A stretch of DNA of 64,000 nt from Carcharhinus longimanus (lineage: Eukaryota). Below the pieces are notes generated by a model. The model made no database searches and had not been told where the DNA came from. It saw only the letters and a program-made list of their open reading frames with translations. How positions within the stretch are numbered: the first letter of the stretch is position 1; each line of letters starts with the position of its first letter. The position numbers and the translations under genes were made by a program. Positions 22,162-36,050 of the stretch are shown piece by piece. Where the stretch lies: contig JASCQW010000099.1 in NCBI GenBank assembly GCA_030264375.1, positions 66,694,234 through 66,758,233 on the forward strand, in the 5' to 3' direction.

Positions 22162-25100
22162 TATAAAATGTGGGTAATGTTGACTTGTGTGCTTATGATT
22201 TATTTCTTCTTGGTCTTTATGTGGAAGTTCACATTGTCAATATGCTCTCCGTTCCAATAGATATGATACAGATTGCAATGATTCAGCTAATGTAATTCAA
22301 TCCCCATGCAATTTACAGCAACAAAAACTTTTACTTAATGTACAAAAGTGGACAAAAGGAAATATTAATCCATTCAACAAAAACAGATGTGGTGTCCCTT
22401 CACCTTTACAACAAAGCCCATTTGAGGTGATTGAGGTACATGCTTGCCTCAGGCTAACTGGGGTCCAATACTGTCCAAAAACAACAACCCAACAGTAGTG
22501 TAATTGCCAACTGAGCAGGATGCTTACACCAGGTCCACTTGGAATCTTTGCCTTATTCTCTCAGTGGAAGAGCAAAACAAACCATTAAAAATTTACAACT
22601 TAAGCATTTCAGCACTTAAAAAAATGCTTTTTTGAAGTGGGGTTGCTGGTATACTTTAAGGCAACAACCAATTGCACAGATGTATTTTCCTCAAACTCTG
22701 CAAGCCTGCCACATAGCTTTGTGGCTTCATTAAGTACCATACGTTTTACGTAAAATGTAACAATGAGAATTAAATGCAAAGTGATTTATATCAAATTAAG
22801 GATGCTAACAACTTTCCCAGAAAAATGGATGAAAAGTAGAATTGACATCCTAAAGCACCAGTAAAAATTTTAACACCATTTATAAAAATAGAATTTCACT
22901 TAGTTACTGTTAATCCCCGTGTTCTCAGGCTTACTATGAGCAATGGAGATCTTTGTTTCAAAAAGCCATACATCTAGCATGCATTGTAATAATTACAGCC
23001 TCATTTGTGTGTGCGTGTCAAGCTTAAACATAGCTATGTCTGAAACATGGTCTGTTTTTGCACCTGTATCCTGAAGGTATGTGCTGTTGTTCTGCTCAAC
23101 AGCCTCTGCCTCAAGTATTAAAATCAAGCCTTGTTATCCCTAGAATACCTTTCTCTTCCAACCCCCTTCCTACATGTCCATAAGTGTTTTGCCCCTCCTT
23201 CCATGAAATCTACCCATGTTCTTTAATAGCTTGCCTGAAGTTACACATGCATTTCAATTCCAACTAATGTTCTGATAAATACATATTTGTAACAAAAAGT
23301 GGTAAGGCACAATGTAAAATTGTGCAAATTCAGTGACCATCAAGTCATTTTTTTTGTTGCATTTCAGAAGTACACAAATAATATGTTTTTTTTCCCAGCA
23401 GCTGTCAAATTAATCACAGGATTATTGGAAGTTAAGTTTTGCCTTACAAAAAAAGTTCCAAATTCAAACATTTCCATAGCACCAGTATTTGAAGCCAGAA
23501 CAAGAGCTAACAAGTCTATAAATATAATTTCATAAGATGCCATTGCCACAGCTGTACATTGTTATTATTCTCACTTAGAGCTCCCTGAAGGAGAAGTTCA
23601 TTTCAGGGATAGTGCAAAGAAATTCAAGATGAAAACTGCAAAGCTGCATATAAAAAACAACAACCACTCTAAACACTCATTTCCTTTAATGTGTTTATAA
23701 TCATATCCATGCAAAATATGTCCCATGGTTAAATTCTATCCATTTGCCAATGCACAACTGAAAACAGATCAATTCACCATCGTAACATTTCTCAGCATCT
23801 GTTGTAATTACCTTCACCCTATGTTATCTGATGTGTTGGTTAGCAATACTTCAATATAAACTGCACATGAACTGCAATCATATTACTTTATGAAGAAAAT
23901 AGCATTTAATAAACTGGTTTTGGAAATTAATGTTCAAAAGATTCAACCTCCATCCACACATATGCAATATTACTTGTGAATGCAGTCAAGCTTGAAAGGT
24001 CACCATACAATAACAGCAACATGTTATTGAGCCTGGTGCTCGCTACGTGTGATGTGTAAAAAAGGGATACAATCTCAATCCCAGCTTCATAAAAGTTCTC
24101 TGGGGGCAAAACAAGCAAGCTTATTTCTGTTTCATGATACACATATGAGCAGTGATGGTCCAGAAAATGCCTACTCACCCATTCAGCCTGTTCCATTACA
24201 TATGAATACCATTTAAGAAATAACTGAGGATGGCAAGGCACAATGTAAAATTGTGCCAATTCTATTTGACAATTACCCCAGAAGGCAGACAGATTTTCTT
24301 GGTTGCATTGTGTGTTACGTGATGTGTAACAAAGACTTTATCTGTGTATTTTTAAACACAACTGACTGTATTAAATAGTTCATCAGNNNNNNNNNNNNNN
24401 NNNNNNNNNNNNNNNNNNNNNNNNNNNNNNNNNNNNNNNNNNNNNNNNNNNNNNNNNNNNNNNNNNNNNNNNNNNNNNNNNNNNNNATCAGTCCAACTTG
24501 AAAAGGGAAATAAAAACACATTTTGTATGCATTGCTGGGGTTTAAAGACTTTAATACCAGATAATTAAAGTTGTACAATTCAGTAAAATGGTTAGTAATT
24601 GGATACAGAATTGTAACTTGACGATACTAGCTTTCTTTTAAACCCTCACCGACTACTATGAGGTATTTTAAAACTTTTTATAACAGAAACACAAAAATAC
24701 AAATAAATACACATGGTAAAAGATGCCAATTTCTGTGAGATACATACATTTACATCAGTGGTGTTTAAAAGTGTTATGTGACACTGTTGCTTGTAATCAA
24801 GCAATTCTGTTGATGGGAAACATTTGCAAATTACAGATTTTCCAATTACAGAATACAAACAGACAAGAGAACTGCTAACATATATTGTCATAAAATCATC
24901 ACTAACCCATATGCAAGCACCCCATTTACCCAATGGAGTCTGTAATTTTGTTTAAAAGGAGAAAATAATTAGTTAAAAGTTACCCAGACTGGTTTTCTTT
25001 TTGAAAGTAGCCATGTTTCTCTCTTTACATAAATCTAAACTCATTCTCGAGTTCAGAGTCTCGTTAGCAGAGAGTCACGGAGGTGTAGTCAAGCTACTTT

Positions 25101-28100
25101 TTCTTTGCTGAAGAGCTGTCATTAAGGGTAAAGAATAAGCTCAATTTTAATTTTCTGTGGGAATGTGGGAGAAGACTGATGGACAGAAAGATTTTCCATG
25201 GAATTAAGAGTCTTGTCTCAAACTCATTTCAGGTGTCATCAAACTCTTCAAATGTACAAGTATTTCTTACAGTATATAATAAATTCAAAAACTCAACAAG
25301 CTGAAACCAGATGCACCTCTTGTCATCATACTAAGTCTTGCTTCAACCTGTTAAGTTCAGGGATGTCAAGCACAAAAAAGGCAACAACTCGACTTTGAAA
25401 ACACCATACCATCTTCTCCTTTAAAATAAAATTAGCAAGATGTAATGACAGTAACAATCAAAGAAGCACCACCTACAGTATCATAAAGAAACATCACCTA
25501 CCATAACTTATACAAGTTGAAGCTGTCAGTTTACACATGCAAGGTGGCTTGGTGCCTCAAGTGCTGCACACCTTTGCACAAATGAAACAGCTAAAAAAAT
25601 TACTACACTATGCCGGAGTATATTTTAACCATCCAACATGGAAATAAATTCAGCCTTCAAAATATACAGCCCCTTTTCAATTCACATTTGTGTAAAAATA
25701 AATTCTTCTGTACATTTCTACTAAACATTATAAAATGAAGTTAGAGAAGTGTACAAAACCAAACTTTCAACTCACTATTTTCATGGAATACACTATAAAG
25801 ACTATTCTGCTATTCTTAATTTTGATGCTGAAATCTTACCATCGTCCTCAAGTTTTAAATGGATATAAAAATGTTGATAGCCAAACATGATTTCAAGTTG
25901 CAAAACAAANNNNNNNNNNTGTACTGTATGAAAAATTGTAGAAGTTCTAATGTATCTCAAAACAGTGACCATAGAATTACATGGTAGAACGAGTTATAAT
26001 CAGGCTTTGGTAGTGGTCATTGGTCAAGAACAACCCATCAGGGTACAACACTTGTAACAAATCCACAAATTAAAATATCTTCAGTAAATCTTCAAAATGA
26101 ATGCATTTTTGAGATAAATTTCAGTTTCAGACTTTACCACATGTATTCCTGTTCACCTCATCAGATTATCTTACTACAATACAGAACATTTAAAAATGCG
26201 CAATGAGACACCAGGAACTTCAATTATATAAATGTGCTACTAGAACGGCATACTGTCAAATAGTGGTAAAAGACTGTGATGTGAAAATGGAAAACAAACC
26301 TATTTGTTTCTCCCTAAAGGAGCAAAACAATACTCTTCATAATAAAACTTATTCTATTAACTGAATGCTAAAATTACTCTCTAGTTCTTGCCTCTTGAGT
26401 ATCCCCTCAACTGCTCCAATATTGAGTAATTCAGTTGCATAAGCTCTAGAATGTCTTCCTTATACCTGTCTCCTCACCTTTATTCCTTAAACCTTACCTC
26501 TGACTAGAGGTTTGTTTTGATTATCTGACTTAATCGCATGGATCTTTCACAAGAGTGGCAATCATCATTGGACTGCCACTCCATGCAAGCTTTTCAATGC
26601 CTGGACAATGCTTCGCATTTCTGGCAAGGTGACCCAAGCCTGGTTTCTTCAGAAATGCAGAGCATAAAGTCCCACAAAGGAACCCACTGTCATGTCAGCA
26701 GGATGGTGGAGACAAGCCAGCCCCATTTTTACAGCACAGGCTGCTATAAGCAAAGTCTGAATGTCTAGTGTGAATGTTAGTAAAAGGGTGAGCAGATGAA
26801 TTGAGTAAATGGTTAGGGTGGATAGATGGGTGAAATGGTGAGGTGACAGGTGAGAAGGGGGTCAGTTCCGTGTTATCCAGCAATTAAGAGTAGGACTTTT
26901 CTGCCTAATGTTTCCTGGGTAACTATCCAGGTAAAGTCAGAACTGTCTAAAGTCTTGGACTCTTAATTCAGAATCTGGAGTGGGGGTGGGGGGGGTTGGT
27001 GGTGGTGATGGTGGTGGTGTGTGGAGGAAGAGTCCCAGGGAAAAGAATTCCCCATTAGAATTTGAAACTTTCTGGGCAAATCACACACAGGTCAGCATGT
27101 CAGAACTTATGCATTTTGGCGATCCTGAGATTAGAAGATCAAGGCTGATACCTCAAGCATGGCGCAATGTCATATTTTATTTGATAATGCTCCCAACAAG
27201 CAATTTGGGACATTTTATCATGTTAAAGGCACTATAGAAGTTATTGTTATTACAGCTAATCATTATCAGTGCAAGAGACTGTTTTTTTAGGGATCAGGAA
27301 ATGGATGCAAAGCAAGTGCTGCACATGCTATTTATAAGGTTGGCAAAGTCCAAAGTCCAATCAAAAATTCCTGCGTTAATTTTAAACATTAAAGGGTAGA
27401 TATTGGGATGAGTCACTCCTATCTTGTTATAAAAAGCGCACAAAGCAAATCAATTTCGCCAATGTCCAAACTGTGCTGGCATTGCTGCCACTCGTAAGTT
27501 ATCCCTACACCCCTCAAAAACATGTTAATGTAGGGACCTAATTTGTATAGAAGGACCACTTTTCAAAATTAGTTCTTAATGAATGGGCAGATAATGGGTG
27601 CAACCTGCTCAGGGTTCTGCAGGTAGCCAACTAAATGTAAGCAAGTTTGAGAAAAACTAAATAAAATTCTTCCTGTGGAGCTGTGGGGAAAGCTCCCCAG
27701 CTCCTCAACTGCACAGACTGTTTTATCACTTCATCACATGCATTCTATTGATTGCTCCCTTCGTTCTTCCCAGGTCATACCACAGTCACTTCAAGCAAGG
27801 GAGGCAACAATATTTTGCTCCATCACGCAAGTTCCTGCAAAGGTGCAACCAGCACCAGCAGCGCTCTCAGTCAGTTATTCAGCTGAGGCCCAAGAGCCAA
27901 TTCTTTTCAATCCTTGGACTACCTCCACAAATTGGCCAGATTAATTTCCACCCCAAAGATTGCAGCTGTAAAATAATATATTTAACAAATGTCAGCCACC
28001 ACTTATTCATAATCTGCATTCAAATTCTCAACAGTGGTTTGATATCTGCCAACCTAAATGAGCAATGTATTTCATGACTGTTCAGTCCAGGAAAAACAAT

Positions 28101-28169
28101 CCTTGCAGACAGCTACTTCCAAACCATCATCTTTCTGCTGGAGGAGACAATCAGAGTGGAAACACTGAG

Positions 28170-28745
28170 ATCAATAGATTCAAGTCTTGGAATTGCTAAA
28201 AACATTAAAGTGGACAGGTACAAAAAAATTATATGGCTAATGAATACACTGGAATTCAAAGGGGTTGAAGTTATGCTGCAGTGCATAAGGTTCTGGTTAG
28301 ACTGAATCTCAAGCACAGCATTCATTTCTGGGCATCGCACTTCAGGAAAGGATTAAATTATGAGGACAGATTGCATATACTAAGCTTTATTCTCTTAAAT
28401 GTATAGAACAATGACAATCAGATCAAGATGTTTAAAATGATTAAACAACTTGATAGACAGAAACTTTTGCAGAGGAAGCCTAGAACAAACATAATCTTTA
28501 GTTACACTGTTAGGGGTAGTGCAGGAAGCACTCCTTCAGAGAGTTGTGGAAATCTGCAACTTTCTCTCTCAAAAAGTGGTTGAGACTAGGTCAGTTGAAC
28601 ATTTTGAGACTAAGGTTTCTATGACAGTATATAGAACCAAAGTGAATACATGGAGTTGAGATGCAAATCAACCATGGACCAACTGAATGACATGTACACT
28701 AACAAGCTTGAGAGGATGAAAGCAAACTCCTGTTCCTATGTAAAC
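28170..28745 (+). mobile_element. Old CR1-type LINE 3' part
   Basis: Degenerate ORF2 end (ttctgggcatcgcacttcaggaaag; cagagagttgtggaaatctgcaac) and tail ctcctgttcctatg. Confidence 0.65.
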
Positions 28746-28948
28746 TACATGAAGGTTTAAATATTTGAGGTATTTTGTTTTACCATTCATTTTTCCACAT
28801 ATTGTACCTGGCAGTAGAATTTCTGTAAATAAATGCTATTTCTACTTTCTCACACGTTCTTAACAAGACAGTACTTTACCGTTGAACTTTGAAATGAAAA
28901 TTACAAAATTTCACTTAATTTTTAATGCTGCAAGAAAAATCTGTAGCT

Positions 28949-28954
28949 TTTATT
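28949..28954 (-). promoter_or_regulatory. Candidate TP53BP2 poly(A) signal AATAAA
   Basis: About 1.5 kb after the stop, with U-rich downstream sequence on the minus strand. Confidence 0.35.
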
Positions 28955-30449
28955 CTTCCACAGCTCACAGCATTCAACCAACATGGTTCGAAACTGGGAG
29001 GATATACCTAAACAATTTCACTTCTAACCTATCATTAGGTAAGGTGGAAAATTATAAACTAATCACTGTGTGAGGATTTTATATCAAACAGACATTTGGG
29101 CCAATTTTTAACTCAAATCACAAAAAAATTTTGTGGATACAATGTTCAATAAGTCTTACCAGAAACAGAGTTAAAGAGCTAACAACCCAAACTCCGAAAA
29201 TGGGTGCACAAAAACATTTAAACCACAAAGGGATGATCATTTTCTTAAAACTTTTCATAGGTTATAGGAGAAATTAAATGCTCAATGTCAAAATGAAAAA
29301 TTAAATGTTTAGGAATAGTTCTTAAATGTATTAATACACAAAATGCTTTAGTTTTTCATCGTGCTAAGAAGGCAGCTAAATATTTTTCAGTGACTAAATG
29401 GAAAACTGAAGTAAAATGGATGGAAAACTATATGATTGATTACAACATAAATACTTTAGACTGCAAATTATTACAAAGCATGTCTTTAAAAAAAACACAT
29501 TTCATTTTGACCCTTCGAATAACTCACTGGGGTTCCTGAAAAATTGAAAATACTACTAGCTGTGCTTATTGTAGTTAAATATAAATGAATATGTATAAAT
29601 CAAATAGGAAATGAAATTCTTCATTAAAGGAAGCAGGTTTAATAAGAGTATGTGACACAAACAGTTTCAAGAAAGAAATTGTAATGTGATCCTCAAAAAT
29701 ACTGCTATGTTTAGCCTGTGTCAGATCAAGTTATTTAAAGTGTTAAAAATAAGCAGTAACATAGTTTAAACTATACTAAACTTTCAAAATGTTGGATTTA
29801 TGTTTTGGAATGTTAACATTATGCTGAAGAGAAAGATGCCCAGATGAAAATTATTGTTGTTTGGTTACAAACTAAGCCAAGGGCATTAGTGTTTCAACTT
29901 TCTGTAGTCCAATATGGGACTATTAAAGTATTATCTGCTGACTGAGCATCTAACTTCAAAAGATTCGTCATAAAACTGAGCTGGTTTCATTATTCATACC
30001 TTCAAATGGCCTAATAGTTCCTGGGTTTAGTTTAGCACCCTTCCAAAGATGACAACTGCAATATAAATACTGTGCTTGAATAAAAGAGTGGTAGAGGGGA
30101 AACAAAAGAAGCCAGTTGATTTTCTTCCCCAAATCATCTGTGCTTTTATCCACGTTAAGGCCCTTAAATGTCCTAGATCTACATCAATAAGTCCTTTAAA
30201 ATGCACTAAAACAAACAGTCCATTGTCAAAAAACCTTCGGTTCACCATTTATAATAGGCGATCATTAACACTGAAAAACAAAAATCGTTCACTTCATTAC
30301 AGAAGCATTGTGTCCATTGAATTTTCCTTCATTTAGGTCTGGAGACCACCATTTCATTACAGACACTGTTGGATTTGAATTGATACAGCTACCTTTAAAA
30401 ATGTATAAAGGTTTATAGTCTTTATCTGTAGTGTTTTCACACAAGTAGT

Positions 30450-30491
30450 TTATGCCAGACTTCGCTGTCTTGGTTTAATCCTCGGATATAG
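30450..30491 (-). CDS. TP53BP2: ASPP2 last coding exon (LYPRIKPRQRSLA*)
   Basis: ttttacag|CTA TAT CCG...GCA TAA; the known ASPP2 C-terminus. Confidence 0.96.
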   Translation of the reverse strand, partial: LYPRIKPRQRSLA

Positions 30492-31015
30492 CTGTAAAAG
30501 AAAGAGCAAGTTATGAGTTTACGATTGCAGACGTATACAATAATTTAAAGGTCTAGTTTCAGAGAGTTCTCCTCATTAAGTACTGCCAAAGTGCTGTTGA
30601 GCTACATAAACCAGTTTCAGCTCCAGAGCAGCACTGGAATTGCCACTGCTAGCCCATAGCCCTGTTGATTTAGAGGCTCATGGAACAGTGGTAGGAAGTG
30701 CCATTGGTTTCAAGAAGGACACAGAAAGAAAACTAAAAGTAGTACATTTATATGCTTCATTTCAATGAGAATATGTTTTGATACATCTTCCAGGAACAGG
30801 TCACCCACAGATAATTAATGCCCAAATGCATCGGGAGGGGAAGAGGGGGGAGGCTCATTTGCTCAGAAAATAAAAGTAGGGAGCAATTGTATGTTCTATA
30901 TATTAGGCTTTTTTAAATAGAAACCACTGATATCCACAGTTGCCTTTTTAGTTCTCATACACACCACAGTAAATTAGCAATACTACAAAATATAACATTT
31001 TTGCAAAAAACCTAC

Positions 31016-31215
31016 CCCAAGTAAGTTGCGTGGCACATATCCTTCTCCATCATTTAGCCGTGCCCACCACCACTCAATCTCAGCCTCATCTTCTCGTCGG
31101 ATGACTGACATACAATCACCTTCCTTAAAAGATAACTCATCTTCAGTCTGAGATTCATAATCCCACAGGGCATATACTACCCCTCTGTTCATTATACCCA
31201 TTTTCTCTTGCACAC
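31016..31215 (-). CDS. TP53BP2: ASPP2 SH3-domain exon (200 nt)
   Basis: [21 protein letters not shown]...[20 protein letters not shown]; AG/GT ends. Confidence 0.96.
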
Positions 31216-32658
31216 CTGAAAGCAAGCAAGCATCCATTTTAGAAATTTTCCTTCTCTACCAGAAATTATTCCAAGCCAATTTGTAAGATTCATTTGACCA
31301 GAAATACTCCATAGGTTTATGGTGCATAGATCATAACTGGATACCCTCGGGAAGAACAATTAACCGATTAAATCCACATTCAAACACTTTTGCTGAATTA
31401 TTGCAATTGAACAATGAGACTTCCAAAATGCAGACAGCAACATATTGTTAACTAGATAAAATCAGAACACAGTGTATCTACTTTTAGTGTTATGGTATAG
31501 GCAAGGGCACCTAATTGTTTTTGGCACTCTGCAGCTTGTAGGGAAGTTCATGCTACTTCCAGTTCCACATGTCTTGTGCTGCAACACTCACCACCAGCTA
31601 TGGTTCATAAATGCAGCTGCTCACAGAAATCACTAGCTGCCTCCACCCATGTATGATTTTGGTGAAGGTGGTGTGTGAAACATGAAATCTGCAGATTAGA
31701 TCTGGTAAGAGCAGATCTGAACTTTGTTGATTTGTATGGATAGCCAGGGTAACCAGTGGAGAGGTCCCTTTGAATTTTGTCCCAGGACATGATTGGGAGA
31801 GGTCAAAGTGCCCTTTGGAAGAGATAAGGCACTCTTTGGGAGAAGTAAACCCTTTGGGATTGTTAAAGGTAGCCATTGTGCATAACTCAGAGCTCTCACA
31901 ACTGTCAAGATATAATTTTGATGGGATTTATATTTAAAAGAATATGGAGTCAGAAAGATGAAATGTTTCAGAACCATTGGTGGGTGTAGGGTTCTTATAA
32001 AATCAAAGACTGAGATAGATGGCTGTGGCAGATACAAGATATAAGAGGAAAGTGATATTTGTAAACAGACTAAGGATTCTGTACTCAATATTTTGGGTTA
32101 GAAAGTTTGCATCAAAAATTTGGATGGAATTGGAGATTGTGAAGAATGGAGCTTGTGAAACCAGTGGAGTAATTCTAAAGGCAACTAAACCATGGAGAGC
32201 GACGAGTGAAACAAGGGTAAAGGCAGACACTATTAGTGGTAGAAATAAGCAATTTTATTGATGGATAAGATATGTACTGAGTAGAACAAGCCACTAACGT
32301 GGTTACACATCATCTGGCTCAGCCACACACCAACACAGTAGTGATTACAAGAGATATGGGTACCTTAGGAGATTGCACAGGCACCTCTTTTTGAGACTGC
32401 ATGCACTTTTCTAAAGCACAGCAGACCTTTAATTATTTTGGTAATGAAAGCAAAGTGAAACTAGCACATCTTTACTGCTTATCAAAGTTTAAGTCATACA
32501 TAATCTTTGGTTTTCACTTTTCGGTCTGTATGAATACAAAAAGTGCCAAGAAGCACCTCACCGAGTATTATTTATATAAACATAAGAACAGCATTTCAGG
32601 ACATTGATATTTCAATGCCACGCACAATTAATACTGTACCAAACACCCTAGTACTCAC

Positions 32659-32825
32659 CATAGAGAAATTGCGAACATTGAATGTAGCCCTCCTCCATCT
32701 CCTCGCATTTATCAGCAGCGGTCTGCAGGTCGCTGTAGGTTGTTGCAAACACTGCTGCCCCAGATTCAACTAGGAACTTGCAAACTTGCACATTATTACA
32801 GGAGGCTGCACAATGCAAAGGTGTC
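32659..32825 (-). CDS. TP53BP2: ASPP2 ankyrin-repeat exon (167 nt)
   Basis: [55 protein letters not shown]. Confidence 0.96.
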
Positions 32826-32984
32826 CTACAAAAGGAATATAAAAGCTAGTGATATTTAGCAAATAGAAAAGTTTTAAAGACTCACTTTTCTTCACAGGCT
32901 TTTGCTCCATAAGAGAGTATATTTCACACTTTGTTATATTTATGATGACTATCATGTGACACACATCCAATTACTCCTGATCTT

Positions 32985-34450
32985 CGAATCATAGAATTAT
33001 ACAGCACAGAGAGCCTATTGTGCCTGTACTGGCTCTTTAGTGCTATCCATTAATCCCAGAACCCTGCTTCCCCCTACAGTCCTATAAAAACATTTTCCCT
33101 TTGTGTATTTATCTCATTTAGTTTTGAATGCTACTATTGAATATACTTTCACCACCCTGCAATGGATTCCAGATCATAATTCACTTTGCAATAATACGTT
33201 TTCTCATGTCACCTTTGAATATTTTGCCAGATGCACCAAAGCCACTCAAGATTTTGAACCTACCAAATCTCCTCCTGACCTTCTCTGTTCTCAGGAAAAC
33301 AATCTCAATTTCTCCAGTCTCTCCACTTGAATATTGTGGTCTCTAAAAACTTTGAAATTAGGCTCTATATACTCTGGACCAGGTCTTTTAAACAACGTCA
33401 GAAAGAACAGTGATCATAATACTGACTCCTTGGAAACAATATTTTGTATTTCCCTCCAAATGAAAGACATCAGTACACCACTAACTAATGCTTTGTCCCT
33501 TAGTAAATTTTATAGCATAGTACTTTAAACCCATGGTTTAATTTGCTAGCAAATTTATTATCTGGTACTTAAATCCACATACACCATGTGAACCACACTA
33601 TTCACAGAAACCCTACTGTGCAGGAGGCCATTTGGCCCACTGACTTTCCAACAGAGCATTTCACCTAGGTTCACTACTCTGTCCTATCCCATCACCCTAA
33701 TGGATTTACGGTGGCTAATCCACCTAACCTACACATCTTTGGCCTGTGGGAGGAAACCCATGCAGACACAGGGAGAACATGCAAACTCCACACAGACAAT
33801 CACTTAAGTCTGGAATCTAACACAAGTCCCTGGCATGATGGGGCAGCAGTGCAAACCACTCCTCTAATCAACCCTCTCTGTTAATTCAAGGAACTCTATC
33901 AATTAAACATAAATTGCTTTTTATAAAGCTGTGCAGGCTTTCATTTACAACCCATACTTTTCCAAATGCCAATTAATTTTGTCTTTGACTGTCTCTGAAA
34001 GTCTCCATGTTCGGCTGAATGGCATGTAGTTGCTGGGTTTTTCCCATTTTTGAACAGGGATGTAACATTTGCAATCCTCTACTCCTTTGGCACTATTCTC
34101 ATATCCAAACAGAACTGAAAAATTGCAGCTACTGCAATTTCCACCCTTGCATTCTTCAGCAGCCTAGGCTGAATCATAGCCAGACTTATCTACTTTGAGG
34201 ACCATCAATTTTTAAATTACCTTTATTTTTATCTGATACAGTATTACAACTGTCTCCTCCTTTATTGTTCACTGATAGCATCCCCTTCTCTAAAGATAAA
34301 TGCAAAGTATTCACTTAGTACGTTAGCTATGCCTTCTGCCTCCACAAGTGACTCCTCTTAGATTCACAATTGCCCCACCCTTCCTGCGAATAACATTTTA
34401 TTATTTACACATTTTGAGACACATTTGGGCTCCCTTTTTTGTTAGCCACT
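32985..34450 (-). mobile_element. Degenerate CR1-type LINE with nested SINE
   Basis: Tail gaatcatagaattatacagcacag; RT remnants such as WQMLHPCSK-like tgaacagggatgtaacatttgcaa. Confidence 0.7.
33605..33862 (-). mobile_element. HE1-like V-SINE (tail type A)
   Basis: gctaatccacctaacctacacatctttggcctgtgggaggaaacccatgcagacac. Confidence 0.8.
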
Positions 34451-35916
34451 AATCTATATAAAAAGCTTTACTCCTTTTATTCTCCTTTTTGGATATCCTC
34501 TCCACTTCCTACATTTGCCTTGTTAGAATCTCCTGAGTTCCTTATAATGAGTAATACAAAACCAGCTGAGGGATAGGCAATCCCTTAAACCCACTCAAGA
34601 TTCATTCCATCAGATTAACTAAAGTTTTGCCAAGTAAGAAAATGAGATTTTTTATTTGAGGTGACTTTGGATATTTGGCTTGTCAATAAATTTTAATATA
34701 TATATATGTTTTAGACTATATGAGCTATCTTTCGTCAGTACAAGGACACCATGAAAAGTTAAAATAAACATGGAAATGTGAAACTAGGTGATTTAGCAAC
34801 TAACAATGGAATACCACATTTCAAAACAAAGATTAACAAACTTCCAGCCTTGTGAAATTTGGACAACTCCGTTTCAAGAGCAAACATGCCCAAGTTAGCT
34901 GGACTACCAGTTGGATTTGTGTGATGGAAGAGCACTCATCCTTGCAAAGGACAAAATGGCAAGAACATTGGGACCACTTGTAACATAGCTGAATCACAGG
35001 TATTCCCTCAAGACAAAATAAAGTTAGGAAAATGCACTGAAATAAAGGTTTCAAAATTAGGAATTTTCATTTTTTTTCCTGAATGAGATTCAAAACAGTT
35101 AAAAAAAAGAACGTGGAGTATTTTAAAATACACTGAAGATAAGATTGCTTTAAGTGGAGTAGTCAGATGATATTTGAGTATTAAAGGCTTGTTTAATATT
35201 TTTCATTCATGACAAAGGTACATAAATAGGAACAAATTCAAAGATAATCATGGAATCAAGAACAAGTTTTGAATCCCTCAGCAAAATAAATTATGAATAT
35301 CAGTGTTTGGCCTCCAACCCACCAATCTGAATTTTATTATGGAGAATTGTTCAATACTAGAAAGGAAGAAACAGAGTTTTTGCTAACGTTACACTTTTTC
35401 CTCCACTAAAATGTTAATGGTATGTAATAATGTTGAATTATTGCTTATGCATGTTTTTACAAAGAAAAAAATTAAGAAATAACTATTAACGCTCAAGGGG
35501 AAAATAAAGAAATGCAATGTTTTAGTTCAGTGAAACTGGCCAATCCCATCTGTGTAATATGACCACTGTCTGTTTATAATAATAAATTTACAATTGCAAC
35601 CATAAACGGGTAAGATGCGTATTTGGAGTGACTGAAAGATTTAAATCACATGCAGCACCAAAACAACCATTTGGCCAAGTGCACATTTCATTAACTATAC
35701 TCTGCTAGATTTTCTTGGAACATTGCTAATTGTTTAAGAATGCAATTATGTTAAGGTGTTTTGAGTAGAGTGTAAAAAAAACCACAAGTTTAATGCCTCC
35801 TAACAACATTGAAAGAGAATGTATCTCTGATTTTGTACAAGAATTGACAGTACCATATTTGGAATTAAACAACAAAGTGACTTAACAGCTTTTACCACAT
35901 TTATTTTACAACTTAC

Positions 35917-36050
35917 CATCCATCACTATCTGCTGCATTAACATTCACTCCAAACTGTACTAAGAACTTTACAATTTCTGTGTGACCTGCACAGACAGCA
36001 TTATGTAGGGCTGTAATTCCTTCATCGTTTGGTTGGCTAGGATCTTCCAC
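35917..36050 (-). CDS. TP53BP2: ASPP2 ankyrin-repeat exon (134 nt)
   Basis: [45 protein letters not shown]. Confidence 0.96.

Noticed and set aside
26981-27024. G-rich tract as a regulatory G-quadruplex
   Set aside because: Low-complexity G/GGT run with no supporting context
31862-31875. aaggtagcca resembling the 28S R2 target
   Set aside because: Only about 10 nt match and no flanking rDNA similarity
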